Shown: piece by piece, positions 62,140-64,000 of the stretch
How the letters are laid out: each line of letters starts with the position of its first letter
Numbering within the stretch: the stretch's first letter is position 1
Assembly: GCF_009834535.1 (NCBI RefSeq)
Contig: NC_045696.1
Span: 96,164,001-96,228,000, forward strand
Length of the DNA stretch: 64,000 bases
Direction: 5' to 3'
From: Camelus ferus
Lineage: Eukaryota
Made by a program: the position numbers and the translations under genes
Notes under the pieces: generated by a model
Database searches by the model: none
Told to the model about the DNA's origin: nothing
Seen by the model: only the letters and a program-made list of their open reading frames with translations

Positions 62140-63340
62140 TTTTTTACTACATGTTTTTTCCTAAACCATTTTGAAAGTAAGTTGCAGACAATCATGACCC
62201 TTCCCTCCTAAATACTTCAACATGCATCTCTGAAGATTATAATATTCTCCTACTGAACTACGCCATTGCCACACCTAGGAAAATAATAAAAAAATTTTAA
62301 GAAAAAAAATTTTAAGAAAAAATTTAAGAAAAATTTTTAAATTTTTTAGAAAAAAATTTTGAGGAAAAAAATTAAGATAATTCAGTAATACTGTCTAAAA
62401 TAGTCTGCACTGAGATTCATACAATTGTCCCCAAACAATTTCTACAGCATTATCCTCTACTGCTGCCAGTCACCAACCACAGTGTTTCTCTTTGGTCTCT
62501 TTTGATCTAGAATTGCTCCCTCCCACCCCATTGTGTTTGTTTGCTTTTCATGACATTGATTTATTTAGAGTCTAGGATGGTTGTCTTATAGGACGATCCA
62601 CATTCCGAATTTGTCCAATTGTTTATCCATGATTAGCTTTCTGACAAGGTTATGTTGTGTACATCTAACTAAGTATTGGGATGCAAAATACCAAGTTATC
62701 CCATTTTTAAGTTCGATCATTCAGTAACTGCCACATATCCCTGCTGAAAAGGTACCATTTTTTCTGTTATTCTAAATGATCTGGGAGTGATGCTTTTCAG
62801 ACTGGAACATCCTGTTTTCCTACAACCTTTCAATGAATGACTTTTCACAACCATTAGATTGTTTCCTGAATCAGTTATCAGACTGAGATTGAAAAATGGT
62901 GACTTTCTATCATTCCTTCTACCTTTTCTAGCTGACACTCTTCTGTAAAGAAGAGCTTGTCCCTGTCTTCATGCCCCCCTTTTTATTTGGGCTTTTAAAT
63001 ACCACTATTAACTCCTGGGTTTAGTTCATTTTTTTAAATATTTTTATCTATTACTGTCATTCTTGTTGATATCCAAACTGTTGAATTTAGAAGTGCCACC
63101 AAGTCAGCCCCCACGTCCATTTTTTATGTTTCCCCACTAGTCTGAGTACTTCCTTGCTGTTTGCCCACAAGGTATCAACTTGCCTTGTATCGTCCCTGTG
63201 CCTGATTAGAAATCAGTCATTTCTCCAAAGAGTCTTGGTTCCTCTTGGTGAGCAGTGACACTTAGAAACAAGACAAACTCATTGATTGGAAAAGGCTAAA
63301 GCAAGTTTATAGCTACCGGAGTGTCATGACTTCAAGACCT
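62140..63340 (-). mobile_element. L1MC-type 3' UTR
   Basis: 'aaccattttgaaagtaagttgcagaca', 'tttcctgaatcagttatca', 'gaaatcagtcatttctccaaagagtcttggttcct'. Confidence 0.75.
62287..62376. repeat. AT-rich degenerate tandem repeat (A)n(T)nAAG inside the L1
   Basis: Repeated aaaaattttaag-like units of variable length. Confidence 0.75.
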
Positions 63341-64000
63341 ACAAGCTTTTACTTTGTTTTATTAAAGACTGGTGTGGGTTTATACTTTGAAGGAAAGTAG
63401 CCGCTAGACAGAGATCCTGAAAATACAAAAGAACAAAGCAATAAAGTATGGAGAAAGATTACAAGGGAAGTCACTGTAGGCTTCCTGGAGGAAAGGAAAA
63501 AAAAAAAAAAAAAAAAAAGAGTAAAACAAAGCTGGTCGTGGTCCAAGCAGGTCATGAGCATGAAATGCAACTTTTGGTCCAGAAGGAAAGATTTCATACC
63601 AGATTTCATACACAGAGACATTACATCTGAGACAATAATGAAATGGCATCTAATGGCCCCCCTGGGTCACGGCAAGATGTGAGATGACTTCCTTATAACA
63701 TTTCTGACGGACTCATATTGAAATCCGTTGGAAAAGTGAAATCAAATAATGACAAATGGATTGATCTAAACAGGACATGGACATTCAGCAAAGGATCCCA
63801 CTGGAATGGGCCTAGGACTCACTAACAGTAAAGGCCTTCCATTTCATATGCACTCTGAGCCCATCTTTAAGCTGCATAAAAATGCATCTCTCACATTTAA
63901 GTCCTACTCATCTTGAAATGAATACAGCTGTTTCGTTGTTATAGACTGTGTTTAATAAAATACAAATTCCTTTAAAGAATTTCCCAATTCGTAAGTTAGT

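Larger units (their letters stand above)
1..64000 (-). other. MED12L: Inferred host intron of MED12L (the P2Y-like GPCR cluster P2RY12/P2RY13/GPR87/P2RY14/GPR171 is nested antisense in MED12L); no MED12L exon seen in this window
   Basis: Synteny inference only: GPR87 followed by a P2RY14-like first exon matches the known mammalian arrangement. No MED12L-like peptide appears in any - strand ORF. Confidence 0.55.

Noticed and set aside
63589..63612. 12-bp tandem duplication AGATTTCATAC(C/A)
   Set aside because: Ordinary slippage duplication with no further structure.
27014..64000. P2RY14, GPR171 or MED12L coding exons
   Set aside because: No GPCR- or Mediator-like peptide in any listed ORF; the coding exons are expected outside this window. 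Short exons below the ORF cut-off cannot be fully excluded.
1..64000. CRISPR arrays, operons or a novel multi-gene system
   Set aside because: Eukaryotic intronic DNA; no regularly spaced repeats or gene clusters are visible.

Overview
Mammalian genomic DNA, most likely a camelid (alpaca/llama/camel), judged from tRNA-derived SINEs resembling Vic-1 and an artiodactyl-type Tigger element. The only protein-coding gene I can support is GPR87 on the + strand: a 34-nt coding part of exon 2 (7340-7373) spliced to a large terminal exon (11654-12697). As written, the terminal exon carries one extra base at 12531/12532 that frameshifts TM7. The intact canonical C-terminus continues in the shifted frame, and removing one base restores exactly 358 aa. 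Downstream are a probable non-coding first exon of P2RY14 (donor at 27013/27014) and a candidate alternative first exon (donor at 53786/53787); the P2RY14 coding exon is not in the window. By conserved synteny the window should lie inside a large intron of MED12L on the - strand, and I found no MED12L exon. The rest is ordinary mammalian interspersed repeats (L1, L2, MIR, ERV solo LTRs, MER5A, Charlie1, Tigger, SINEs) plus a tailless U6 retrocopy. I found no evidence of a new multi-gene system. Repeat family names and orthologue comparisons come from my recall of consensus sequences, not from searches, and most repeat boundaries are approximate.
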